Below, piece by piece: positions 32,296-46,560 of a stretch of DNA of 64,000 nucleotides. Source of the stretch: Eledone cirrhosa (taxonomy: Eukaryota). Where the stretch lies: the NCBI GenBank assembly GCA_964016885.1, contig OZ024745.1:66278001-66342000 (forward strand), given 5' to 3'. The notes under the pieces were generated by a model. It did not search any database, was not told the DNA's origin, and was given only the letters and a program-made list of their open reading frames with translations. Both the position numbers and the translations under genes were made by a program. Each line of letters starts with the position of its first letter. Position 1 is the stretch's first letter.

Positions 32296-32334
32296 TGAAC
32301 CTGAAGATTGCGAAAGCATGAAAGTACTTGTTCA
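32296..32334 (+). ncRNA. Minimal type-I hammerhead ribozyme
   Basis: tgaac / CTGAAGA / t-tgc-gaaa-gca-t / GAAA / gtac palindrome / TT / gttca. Confidence 0.75.
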
Positions 32335-32452
32335 ATTAACACTTAGAATTTAATATTCTATCATACTATTTCATTATAATACCATTATATATATTTTAAA
32401 GGATTGTAAATAAAACGAGTAAATCAGACAAAGTTGGAATTCCTCTTATTAA

Positions 32453-33830
<1,378 letters not shown>

Positions 33831-33842
33831 TTTATTAAAATA

Positions 33843-33918
33843 ACAGATTAAAGTTTAAGCAAAGAATCGCTGCTTTCACCCTTAACAGGATCTTCTGAAA
33901 CTAACAAAGTCAATCTGT
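33843..33918 (-). ncRNA. Type-I hammerhead-like motif with variant core CAGAAGA
   Basis: Minus strand: acagattga..agttt / CAGAAGA / tcctgttaagggt / GAAA / gcag-cgattct-ttgc / TT / aaact.ttaatctgt. Confidence 0.65.
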
Positions 33919-34828
33919 AAACGCAGAACTGGATATTTCAAAAAACGTTGCAACCGGAGGAAGACAGGAAGACGATACTTTGGTTCGTGGAAACGTTCGC
34001 TGGCAAAGAACGGAAAAAAACGAATAATACGTCATTAATAGGAGCCGTGAAAACAACTACGCGCTAAGACAGAACCACGTTCATGGTGTAAAAGTGGTCG
34101 TAGACTAATGTTCTCATAGGTAGTGCATAGAGACGTTCTCTGGCAATGAACGAAAAAACGAAGATAATAAGTCATATGTGGAGCGTGGAGAACAATAGCA
34201 CGCAAAGACAAAACCATGTAAATGGTATAACAGAAGTCGTAGACTAAAATTCTAACTAGGAGACCAAATGAATATCCTCTACAGAGTTAAGAACAAAGTA
34301 AATGAATACAATACACAAGTAATAGAAACAAATAAATACATACACGCAAACAGATACGTACATACACAAGGATACGCAAAACCTTACCATAGGTATACAA
34401 AACCACGCACATATAAATATGTGTGTGTGTGTATGCTTGTGTAAAAATAAATAAATAATTATATAAACGTATATAAGTAAATAAATACGTATATAACAAG
34501 CGCACAGACATACCTACAAATAAATACACGAATGTTCGGAGACGTAAGTCAACTAAAACAAGAAATACACATATACACACACCCACCATACGTACGAACC
34601 TGCATACTCACGCGGACGCAAAACTCCCATATACACATAGCCAAACCCTAAATACCAAATATGTAAAAAATATACGCCGTAACAGTCAAATATATGTACT
34701 AGAAGGTATACATACCTTCACAAAACATACGGGTAATATATACTTACCTCTGCAAATAAGTAAAGGAATAAACAAAACATATACTTAGTTCCCGCATCAA
34801 GACGTAAAATATCCACGTATAGATCGTG

Positions 34829-36958
34829 CTATCCGTTAGGGTATATCGTGGGGCTGTAATACAGGAAAGTTTTGTGCAATTTATGTTTACAAGCCGAAAT
34901 TGCCTCAAATTTTTTGTTTAAGATGTGGTCTGTGGCGTAGAGTATTTCCAGGGCCTCAGCGGCGCAGAGGTCACATGGTCTTTTATTTCCGTAATACGAT
35001 CTAGCCCTAGCTAGGATCTCCCATTGTAACTTATATTGGGTGTGGTTGTCTTTTAGACTCCAGATATAAGCTGAAAGTGACGTCATATTCCTTCTTAGAG
35101 GGTAACGAAAAGAATGGGTATGCATGTAAAGACGCTGCTTGAAACTATTGGTGGTTAACCCTATGTAGGCCCTACGGGACGTGGGTGTTACAACCTTACA
35201 TTTGTAGACAATGTTACTAGAGAGGCATTTCCCGGATAGGGGGCAATCAGCCTGATTCCTACAATTACAGTTAGTACTAACTACAGGGTTGCACGTGTTC
35301 CTACGGCTAGGTAGTTTAGCTAAATTTGAAGCTGTGATGTTATGTACAAGGTTAGGAGTCGTAGAGTAAGACATTTTAATAGTATTTCTATTAAAAATTT
35401 TACTATATTTATGTGTAGGGGGAAAATGCTTCGTAATAAGAGAAAGAAAGATCTTAGCTATTGGTGTGGCCACCTCCATATTATATGGTGGGTTAAACCA
35501 ACAAATGCGACGGGATCTATTTCTTCTAGGTCTATTTTCGTACTCTGTATAAGCTACCTTATCGACAAATCCACTTCGAGCAAGAGCTTCATTGTAATAA
35601 GTGGAATGGTCGTTGAAAATGCGCTCGTTGGTGGAAAGACGGGAAATCCTCAACGAAACGTTTTTTACCAGGTTCTTGGTTATGCTGGCAGGATGATTGG
35701 AATGCTTACTTATGTAATTAAGCGTATCATTCGGCTTTCTATACGGGTAATACAACCCATTCAGTAAATTGAGGGTAACGTCGAGGTAATTATCGACCGA
35801 GAGATTGGCCTCAACCTGTATAGAGAGGTTGAAGCCTTTAAAGAAGGCAGTTAGTTCTTTTCTGAACCTGTCGCAAGCACGAGGTCCGCACTTAGTCATG
35901 GTCAAAAGACCATCGTCACGGTACAAACCACCGCCCGCGTTGGGGAATTCGTCCTTGATAGAGAAAAGAAGGAAAAGGCCAATAAGATCAGTAACCTCCG
36001 CAGAGTCACTGGCGCCCATACTCACGTCGAATGGGGTACTATTGGATTTTTTTATCCAAATAGAGTCGTCGAAATTAATCACCGACTTTCGGGCATTAAG
36101 GATGACATCAACTTCGAAATCCTTAACCAGTGTGAGTGTTTTAGCGAAATTGATAGCTCTAAGGAGAAGTGGTAAAGTGATGGAGGAGTAGTAATTGTTG
36201 ATGTCGAATTGGATAAAACGGCAATGTTCCTTGTTACATATGCCGTTGAACCAATCAATCACCGCGAAGGAATTGTTCCACAGTGCGAGAGGGGCCAAAC
36301 TTCTAATTTCAGGTATAATTCTATCAAGAATCGTTTTACTAAGTCTACCTAAATCGGACTTCGTAGGGTTAATAATCCGAATAGAGGGGTTGTTCAGAAA
36401 ATTGGATTTGTGATCCTTCAGGGTAAAGTGGGGAGAGATACGGTCCAGAGGTTCGGTCCGGTCCAGGATGTTGAGATCAGATGTGATTTTAAACCCAGCA
36501 TCGTTGATTTCATTGATGACACACCGATTAGTTTTACGGTAATCCTTAGTTACGGCATTATGTAGTAGTTGATGGTAAGTACTGCGCTCCACTTGATATA
36601 AGTTGCCAGTTTTGTCGGAATGGACGTGCACGGCGTTAGAATCCTTAATAGAACGAATTCTATTCTTCAGGTCTTGCTGGAAGGAATTGCTCCTATTCCG
36701 AAATTTGATACTCCGAATGAGTTCCAAGACATCATTTTCGAAGGGTAGCAAAGCTGGGTTCCACGGAGGGTTATTATAGGTTTTAAATACAAATTTATCC
36801 TGTTTGTTGTCTGCTTTTCGCGGATTAACGATATAAAAGGCACGCCAACGCAACCTTTTAATGAACGCGTCTGTTTTCTGTATCAGGAGTTTTAGGTATG
36901 TTTTCCTGCTTGGTACGGGTATGTTCTTTGTAGAAATATTCAGATGTTGTTTCTGCAT
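34829..36958 (-). CDS. Hydra-clade-like PLE, uninterrupted 709-aa RT plus GIY-YIG ORF
   Basis: KNIP..IKRLRWRA, QFDINNYYSSI, MGASDSAEV, LYRDDGL, NYLDV, SNHP, WFNPPY, CNCR...CPL..KC, NIVY..YIG, C-terminal CDLC..E. Element spans ~33831-36965. Confidence 0.9.
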   Translation of the reverse strand: MQKQHLNISTKNIPVPSRKTYLKLLIQKTDAFIKRLRWRAFYIVNPRKADNKQDKFVFKTYNNPPWNPALLPFENDVLELIRSIKFRNRSNSFQQDLKNRIRSIKDSNAVHVHSDKTGNLYQVERSTYHQLLHNAVTKDYRKTNRCVINEINDAGFKITSDLNILDRTEPLDRISPHFTLKDHKSNFLNNPSIRIINPTKSDLGRLSKTILDRIIPEIRSLAPLALWNNSFAVIDWFNGICNKEHCRFIQFDINNYYSSITLPLLLRAINFAKTLTLVKDFEVDVILNARKSVINFDDSIWIKKSNSTPFDVSMGASDSAEVTDLIGLFLLFSIKDEFPNAGGGLYRDDGLLTMTKCGPRACDRFRKELTAFFKGFNLSIQVEANLSVDNYLDVTLNLLNGLYYPYRKPNDTLNYISKHSNHPASITKNLVKNVSLRISRLSTNERIFNDHSTYYNEALARSGFVDKVAYTEYENRPRRNRSRRICWFNPPYNMEVATPIAKIFLSLITKHFPPTHKYSKIFNRNTIKMSYSTTPNLVHNITASNLAKLPSRRNTCNPVVSTNCNCRNQADCPLSGKCLSSNIVYKCKVVTPTSRRAYIGLTTNSFKQRLYMHTHSFRYPLRRNMTSLSAYIWSLKDNHTQYKLQWEILARARSYYGNKRPCDLCAAEALEILYATDHILNKKFEAISACKHKLHKTFLYYSPTIYPNG

Positions 36959-37460
36959 GATGAATATAAGTCAGTAGAGTGCTCAATCGGTGTGTCATCA
37001 ATGAAATCAACGATGCTGGGTTTAAAATCATATCTGATCTCAACATCCTGGACCGGACCGAACCTCTGGACCCTATCTCTTGGGAACATAATCTACATTT
37101 ATTTCTACTATTTTGATAAGGGGTGGCCCTTTTGAGCACACTCCAGGTCAGGTTATATTCTATATTCCTCTTTCTATAATTATTAATTATTTCAGCTAGA
37201 GATGTTGTATTAGCTAGTGCGGCATTTTTAAAACTATGTTTGTGGGTATTAAATCTTACCTTAAAATTGTTAGAGGTAGCTCCTATATATGAATAAATAG
37301 AGTCCTGGAGTGTGCTCAAAAGGGCCACCCCTTATCAAAATAGTAGAAATGAATGTAGATTATGTTCTCAAGAACTTTTCGAAATAATAAAATCTAAGGA
37401 TATCCTATTAAATAAGCGACAGGAATTAATAATATCGTGTAATCATAAACTGAGAAAAAC

Positions 37461-37685
37461 CTTTAAATATTATAAACCTAATTAATATACACTTTAGAAA
37501 TTAATATATAAATTATTTTTAATTTAGTTAACCTATAATTAATATTCTACTACTGATGAACTACATAATTCTGCTTTAAATATTATAAACCTAATTAATA
37601 TACACTTTAGAAATTAATATATAAACTATTTTTAATTAGTTAACCTATAATTAATATTCTACTACTGATGAACTGCATAATTTAG
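37461..37685 (+). repeat. ~113-bp tandem duplication spanning the PLE stop codon
   Basis: ctttaaatattataaacctaattaa...ctactgatgaact occurs twice. Confidence 0.85.
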
Positions 37686-37854
37686 CTTTCCTTCTTACAA
37701 ATATCATTTCCTAAAACTGATACCATTAAGTAAACATATATAATGCTTTAACTTCAGGTTATGACTCTATGTTCCTTGAAAACTATATATATTTACTATT
37801 TCTCACTAATAAATTTAATCCCCCCCAATAATTATATGTATATATGACTGTGTA

Positions 37855-37899
<45 letters not shown>

Positions 37900-37906
37900 A
37901 TATATA

Positions 37907-37957
<51 letters not shown>

Positions 37958-37983
37958 ATGTGTGTGTGTGTATATATATGTAC

Positions 37984-38014
<31 letters not shown>

Positions 38015-38745
38015 AGTGTATATATGTGTGTATATGTATATGTGTGTGTGTGTATATATATGTATATATATATTTGTATAAGTGTATATATATATATATA
38101 TATATATATTATTTTTATATTCTTTTAATCTCCCCTCATCTTTAGCAGCACTTTTCAACTGCATCTAACTCTTATTTATCATATCTATATGTATTAGTAT
38201 AATTTTATCAATATAAATATACCCTTCAATTAAATTAATTTTATATTCTTTTCATAGATGTATTTTTTTCACTAACATTCTTATCTTAAAACTTTTGTCA
38301 CCTTAGATATTTGTATTGGCATTACTATTTTATAATAGCAACTGCTTGTATACCTTTTACTGACCACCTGACCTAGTTTCACCCCTAAAATAAGCTTCAA
38401 TTACTACTATTTTGCCATTTGGCCAATTATTAACTTTCTATTGGTTAATTCTAAACCTCTTACCAAACAGACAGAATATATTAGATCTTTGTTGGTTTTA
38501 TTCAATGAACAAATAAAATTATTTCTGAGGTCAGCATATGACCTATTTCTTCCCTAAAATAATCCTTCATTCATAATATTCTTTTCCATCCAAAACTGAA
38601 ATCTACCTTCCTCTACCCATAATTTAAGGGTCTTCTACTACTATATTACTATCTTGAGCCTCACTATCTCCTGATTGGTCAATTCAAAACCTGTTCCCAA
38701 ACAGACCTATTGTATTGAATCTTTGTCTTTATCAATAAACAAATA

Positions 38746-38887
38746 TCATTATTTTTGAAGACAGCATATATATGTGTAGGTATGTATATTCCCTCTGATA
38801 GTTTGTATAAATATTGTACATAGATCTATAGAATATGAATACCAACTCTAACACATATATATCCTAGAAACGATCGTAAAATGATGG
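38746..38887 (+). ncRNA. Type-I hammerhead-like motif with ~105-nt stem II and TTGAAGA core
   Basis: tcattattt / TTGAAGA / cagc-atatatatgtg...cacatatatat-ccta / GAAA / cgatcg palindrome / TA / aaatgatgg. Confidence 0.6.
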
Positions 38888-39078
38888 ATTTTTTTTTTAA
38901 TATAAGTAACTGTTTCTTTGTTTATTCATTATTTCATTAATTTATCTTGACTCTGTTTTCCGTTTACTTTTCATCGAAAGTAGTTTTTGAATGCATCTTC
39001 TCTTTTCATGATATTCGGATTACATTGAGTTCTTCATACAGATTGGACACTAACGTAAACTTTTGGTAGATTTTTCTA

Positions 39079-40286
<1,208 letters not shown>

Positions 40287-40858
40287 TATCCCAGTACAAC
40301 CTGTCTCATGGTCGGGTCGTTGGCGACTAAACTGGCAACCCCACCAAGGTTTCTTGGTGAGGAGGGTGACTTTGGACATCATGCAGGACTAAAAACAAAA
40401 CCTGTCAAAGGGCAAAGGAGCTCTTAAGAGTCAATGGCCATCCAAAATCACCGGGAGAGATGACCCCCTTAGCCTTTGTCAAGGCAGAATTCTAGGAGAA
40501 GGAAAACTCTGATATAACACCTGCAACCCTGATGGTAATCCAATGATGTTAACTTGTTCTTCTTTTTGGTAAATATCATCTTGGTTAAGAGAGTGGGACT
40601 GGCTTTGTGCAGTGCCTTTGCTCACTATAAAAGCTTCACGGCGCAGGCATTGCTTTATATCTGGAGATCTCTCTGCACTTGTCCTCACATGGGCCCAGCA
40701 CTATGTGTCAATAATTGTCACAGGTGTAGTGTTTGTACCAGAGGTTTCAAGTCGCTGGCTGGACTAAAAAGTCACACTCGTTCAGCGCTTCGGTAGGGGT
40801 TCTCCTACATGGATGTAAAGTAGTGGCCGTACTCGAAAACGAGTTGGCAGCCACCATA
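40287..40858 (+). mobile_element. Internally deleted, non-autonomous RTE-like element
   Basis: RTE-like 5' UTR motif ggagaaggaaaactctga joined to a C-terminal zinc-finger remnant [17 protein letters not shown]; TA on both sides. Confidence 0.55.
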
Positions 40859-40860
40859 TG

Positions 40861-40931
<71 letters not shown>

Positions 40932-40964
40932 GTATATATATATGTATATATGTATATATATATG

Positions 40965-41102
<138 letters not shown>

Positions 41103-41199
41103 AATATATATGTAACTTTGAATAACTTTGAAATGTTTTGGCCAGTATTGGCCCAGGCCATGTCTAACTTAATAGCACCACCTGGCGAAGTCTTTCAAT

Positions 41200-44100
41200 T
41201 CAGGATTTGGGCACCATGGCCCATTCGAGAAGAGAATTACTGTTTGCGGAGACATATCCGGGTGTGGGTGGTTTGTCCGGGATTACTTGGAGGAATTTGT
41301 CCAAAGACTTCTTGAATTTTGTGTGGTCAGTTTCTGTTTTGACGTGTCCTGGTGTGATGTTGAAGAGAGCAGGGCCGATTGAGGTGAAATAATTGTGCCG
41401 TATTGTTGTTATGAGTTGCGATTTAGATTTGTGAATGGGACGGATAGCACGGGGCCCAAGCCTTGGGTGTATCTTGAAGGCGATGCCAACATCATTTGGG
41501 CAGTGATGATGGAACATTTTCCACATCATGCAGATAATATAACGCTCACGGCGACGTTGGAGTGAGTAAAGTTTCAGGTTTTCTAATCGACCCCAGTAGT
41601 CAAGGTCTGACATGCCATCTATCTTTTTCGTGATTGCCCTTTGAGGAGCTTCAAGTTTCATGATACTTTGTTTCGTGTGGGGAGACCACAGTGGACAACA
41701 GTATTCAAGGTGTGGTCGGGCAAAAGTAGAGAAGAGAAGGATAATGGTGCGGGAATCTCTCGACTGGAAGGTTCTGAGGATCCAGGAACACATTCTGCGG
41801 GCCATATCAACTTTGCTGCTTATATGCGTGGTCCAGCTTATGTTGCTGTCCACGGTTACTCCCAAGTCTCTGATGTTGTTAGATGCCACGTGAGTTTCCC
41901 CGGAGGGAAGGGAGTACGGGAGTTTCAGAGCATCCTCTTTTCCAAAGTGGATCAGTTCGAATTTGTCTTCGTTCAGTAACATGTTGTTCTTTTCTGCCCA
42001 TTGGGTAACAGCCAGTAGGTCTGACTGAAGGCTTATCCGGTCATCCACGCCATTGATGACCTTTTGGAGCTTGGAATCATCAGCGAAAATTTTAATGTTG
42101 CTGTGTTTGATGATGTCAGTGATGTCATTAATATAGATGATGAAGAGAAGTGGGCCCAACACAGTGCCTTGTGGGACCCCACTACTGACTTTGGCTGGGC
42201 TTGATTTGACTCCCTCAACTACAACATGTTGGGTTCTGTTTGACAGGAAGCTCTTGATCCACTGCAGCAGCCTTCCAGTGACACCAATATTGGACAGCTT
42301 TCTCAGTAGAATGTTATGATCAACCCTGTCAAAGGCCTTGCTGAAATCAAGGTAGATAACATCAGTGTTGGAACCCTCTCCCAAGGCTCTCAAAATGTCA
42401 TCAAAGTGATGCAGTAGCTGCGTCAGGCAATCCCTTCCATTACGGAATCCATGCTGGTTGGAGTTCAGCATATTGTTACTCTCAAGGAAGTGGGTCATTC
42501 GCGATCTCACCACTCTCTCAAATACCTTAATGATATGAGAGGTGAGTGAGATTGGACGGTAATTCACGGCAAGGGATTTGTTTCCCTTTTTGAAAACTGG
42601 GACAACAGACTGGGATAGAAGGTTTTCTGGCACATATCCAGCATCCAGTGAGTTCCGCCACATATTGGCAAGAGGAGATGCAAGTTGGTGTTGACACGCC
42701 TTCAAGACACAAGCAGGGAACCTATCGGGACCTACTGCTGAATTATGCTTGATTTCCTTTATTGCCGCCAAGACATCAGGGGCGCCAAACGTTATGTCCG
42801 ATAAGGTGTAATGGGGAGTAACATCGCCGATACAGCCCAGATCGGCCATATCAGGATTGCTGAAAACAGAGCAGTATTGTTTCTGCAGTATCTCACCCAT
42901 GGTTTTAGCATTGTCTTGAAGAGTGCCATTTTCATCAATTAGAGGGCCAACAGTAGAGCCAGTGATTTTGTGTTTTTTTGCAAATGAAAAGAACACTTTG
43001 GGATTGAGTTTGATCTTCTCAATGGCCCAGGCCTCTTCAGCTCTTCTCTGATTGTTGATGAGGGACATTATGTTGTTTTGGAGGTTATGTTTTTTAATCT
43101 CTAGTGATGAAATGGCAGTCAAGTTGATGTGTTGCTGCTGACAGTATTTCAGCTTGTTGATTTTTTTGTTCGTTCTCTTAATTTTTCTGATGAGCGTTTT
43201 TCTATTTCTAGGGATTCTGCTCTTAGATTTGTTTATAGTTCTTAATGGGGTGTGTTTAGCACATATGTTTGTAACAGTGTCCACAAATGTCTGCCAGGAC
43301 TTTTTGATGTTAGTGGGTGTATGAGTGTGCGTGAAGGACCAGTCGACATGTGCAAGATCATGACTGATCGCTTCCCAGTTTGCATTGTGGAAATCCATAG
43401 CGTCAAACGGATGGATAGGAGAGATGACATTGGGTTTGTATATTGGACGGTGGAATCTCAGATCACAGAGAACCATGTCATGATCAGAGAGTAGAGTTTT
43501 CTCCACTGCAATATTGTGGATATTGTCAGTGTGATTGCTGAAAATTAAGTCTAGGACGTTTTTGTGGCACCTCGTTGGTTCGAGCACCAGTTGGGATAGG
43601 AAGAAATCATCCATGAAGTCAAGAAGCGATTCCACAGCTTCCCTGTCAGAGGTTGAGGCAGAAGAACCTGGTGGCAGGCTGTTTGTGGACCAGTCAACTC
43701 CGGGGAGGTTGAAGTCCCCCATCATTAAGATGTTGTCAGGGTGACACTCTTGGATGAAACACTTTATGCTGTTGAGGCATTCCTTGAAGCATGGTACAGG
43801 CGTTTGGGGTGGCCTATAGAGCCCAACTACTAATAGGTTGTTGGTTTGACTGAATACAGTGACTGCTTCACAGTATCCATTAGTGAATATGTTCATAGCC
43901 TCTGTTGAGAAAGAATTATGGACATAAATGGCAGTTCCGCCCTTTCTTCTGCCAGCGCGATCAGCACGGATGGCTTTGAAATTTTTCACTTTCACCTCGG
44001 CTTCCAAGTGGAGGTTACTGAGATGGGTTTCAGTGAGGACGAAGAAAGGGATGTGGTTTGGATGGACATCAATCCAGTCCTCCAGGAATTTGATCTTCCA

Positions 44101-44319
44101 TTTTTGAGTATTGGTGGAAGGGCTGATGCCTTGGGCGTTAAGCAAAAATGTAGAGGCGAGAGTGGATGGTTTTAATTGTTTTGGTGTATTGTTAATTTGT
44201 TTGTTTGTTAATGGCAGCAATGGGAGTTTGTGCAGTGGGGTGATAGTGGAGGGTGGTGCTGGGTGATAGCTCGAATGTTTTTTTCCAGTTCTTTTGCCAG
44301 ATTCATTATGGCTAAAAAA
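41200..44319 (-). CDS. CR1/L2-group LINE ORF2 (APE endonuclease plus RT), uninterrupted, no AUG start
   Basis: LLNAQG, LTETHL, YRPP, GDFNLP, LDLIF, SDH; [38 protein letters not shown]. Element spans ~41113-44985 with (ttcaaagtta)2 tail. Confidence 0.95.
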   Translation of the reverse strand, partial: FFSHNESGKRTGKKHSSYHPAPPSTITPLHKLPLLPLTNKQINNTPKQLKPSTLASTFLLNAQGISPSTNTQKWKIKFLEDWIDVHPNHIPFFVLTETHLSNLHLEAEVKVKNFKAIRADRAGRRKGGTAIYVHNSFSTEAMNIFTNGYCEAVTVFSQTNNLLVVGLYRPPQTPVPCFKECLNSIKCFIQECHPDNILMMGDFNLPGVDWSTNSLPPGSSASTSDREAVESLLDFMDDFFLSQLVLEPTRCHKNVLDLIFSNHTDNIHNIAVEKTLLSDHDMVLCDLRFHRPIYKPNVISPIHPFDAMDFHNANWEAISHDLAHVDWSFTHTHTPTNIKKSWQTFVDTVTNICAKHTPLRTINKSKSRIPRNRKTLIRKIKRTNKKINKLKYCQQQHINLTAISSLEIKKHNLQNNIMSLINNQRRAEEAWAIEKIKLNPKVFFSFAKKHKITGSTVGPLIDENGTLQDNAKTMGEILQKQYCSVFSNPDMADLGCIGDVTPHYTLSDITFGAPDVLAAIKEIKHNSAVGPDRFPACVLKACQHQLASPLANMWRNSLDAGYVPENLLSQSVVPVFKKGNKSLAVNYRPISLTSHIIKVFERVVRSRMTHFLESNNMLNSNQHGFRNGRDCLTQLLHHFDDILRALGEGSNTDVIYLDFSKAFDRVDHNILLRKLSNIGVTGRLLQWIKSFLSNRTQHVVVEGVKSSPAKVSSGVPQGTVLGPLLFIIYINDITDIIKHSNIKIFADDSKLQKVINGVDDRISLQSDLLAVTQWAEKNNMLLNEDKFELIHFGKEDALKLPYSLPSGETHVASNNIRDLGVTVDSNISWTTHISSKVDMARRMCSWILRTFQSRDSRTIILLFSTFARPHLEYCCPLWSPHTKQSIMKLEAPQRAITKKIDGMSDLDYWGRLENLKLYSLQRRRERYIICMMWKMFHHHCPNDVGIAFKIHPRLGPRAIRPIHKSKSQLITTIRHNYFTSIGPALFNITPGHVKTETDHTKFKKSLDKFLQVIPDKPPTPGYVSANSNSLLEWAMVPKS

Positions 44320-44972
44320 GAGGAAGAAGTTTCCTGTTTAGAAGACTGTTGGTGACTGTGGTAGTGGTTATTTTTATGTAGGTTATGGTTTTTGTTTTTG
44401 CTTTTATTTTTAATTTTATTTTCATTTGTCCGACGGGTCCCCGGGAGATGGGTAAAGGGACAATCCCGGTCTAAACACAATCTGTCTCGCAGGGAAAAGC
44501 GGCAGATTTGTGGATTCCTTGTTTGAGTTATTGGTGGTTGTGTTGGTGTTAAATTAGAGTATGTATTATGGTGGTGGCTGTTTGTGGGGATAGATCGTTT
44601 TGTCCTAGGTAAATGGGTGAATTTGCAGCCACTATCCGTACATATTCTATAGCGTAGAGAGTAGCGGCAAATGATGGGGTTTCGAGTGGGTGGGTATGTG
44701 GGTGTGTGTGTTGTGAGAGGTGTAGATGATGGTTTGGGTAGGATTTGACGACCTTTGTGGACTGTGCGAGGGAGAGTTCTTGTTCTGGTATTAGAAGGTA
44801 AATTCCTTGACATAGCAGTAGACAAAAATGTTGTAGTAGTAGTAGTAGTAGTAGGCAGAGATGTTGGCAGTGGTGATGATTGGACTGCTGGGCCAGAGAA
44901 AGGATGTGGCGTTTCATGCTGTGAGACAGAGGCTACTGGGGGGTCAATAGTTTCATTTAGTAGATCGGCCAT
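44208..44972 (-). CDS. LINE ORF1 (~254 aa) with two CCCH zinc fingers
   Basis: ATG at 44972 (MADLL); [19 protein letters not shown] and [19 protein letters not shown]; overlaps ORF2. Confidence 0.8.
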   Translation of the reverse strand: MADLLNETIDPPVASVSQHETPHPFSGPAVQSSPLPTSLPTTTTTTTTFLSTAMSRNLPSNTRTRTLPRTVHKGRQILPKPSSTPLTTHTPTYPPTRNPIICRYSLRYRICTDSGCKFTHLPRTKRSIPTNSHHHNTYSNLTPTQPPITQTRNPQICRFSLRDRLCLDRDCPFTHLPGTRRTNENKIKNKSKNKNHNLHKNNHYHSHQQSSKQETSSSFLAIMNLAKELEKNIRAITQHHPPLSPHCTNSHCCH

Positions 44973-44985
44973 TGTTGATGAATAT

Positions 44986-45679
<694 letters not shown>

Positions 45680-46560
45680 TTCAAAAACAAACATCATCAT
45701 GCAATAATATTTGTGTTTTCATCAGATAAAACAGGGGACATGATATGAAGGCTAAAAAACACTTGTGGATAGTGCAGTTTTAAATCAACATATGAAAAGT
45801 AATTTTAGATTGATGTGTGATATTGGGAAAATATTTTTTTTAGAGAGGGGGGTTGAAAGGATGAAAAAAAGGGAAGGAGATGAGAGTGAAGGTGGAGAGG
45901 GAGAGATGGGTGATAGAGAGAAAGAGATAGTTTTTATAACTGAGAAAAGATATATTGTTTTACATAGAGAGGTTGAAAACCGTTGGAAGATAATGTATAA
46001 ATTAAAAGAATTTGAAAATTAACGAAGGGAAAAATATGTACGAAGAAGGATAGGGAGTTAATATGTATTGAGATTAAAAAGTTTGATGATAGAGAGAAAA
46101 GAATAATGTATTGCGGATGAATATTCTAACGTCAAAAAAAAAAAAAAAAAAAATTGTGTGTATGTTTACAAGTATTATGGAAATTTGAAAATTAACGAAG
46201 AGAAAAAATTATTAAGGTTTGTGTATTGAAGGATTTGAGAAAAATAATGTCAAGTTAAGGTTTGTATATTGAAGGAATTGATAATATGTGCGAAGAAAGA
46301 GTTAATATGTATTAAGAATGAGTTAGATGATGGGGAGAAGAAAATATAATAAATTAAGGATGAATAATCTAGCGTCAAAAACACATGTATATGTTACGAA
46401 GGATTTTATAAGGTGAAGATAGAGTGACGGTAATGAGTAAACAAGTATTATAGAGTGTATAATACCCTTTAAAGTAAGGTAGGAAGATGGGTATATTTTA
46501 AAAGAGGTGTATGTATATGTGCCTTTGAGAAAAGATTCTAAATTGATAAAGAATTGAATA

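Larger units (their letters stand above)
37075..39078 (+). mobile_element. A further Hydra-like PLE family: inverted GIY-YIG fragment (37075-37303, minus) plus ORF C-terminus and 3' UTR (37304-39078, plus)
   Basis: Minus: YSYIGATSNNFKVRF..H..SF...CRLCSQE. Plus: WSVLKRATPY...CRLCSQE...LLNKRQE...CNH, stop at 37483-85. Ends in TA. Confidence 0.8.

Noticed and set aside
37550-37680. CTGATGA motifs here and near 3321 and 11074
   Set aside because: No correctly placed GAAA or flanking helices.
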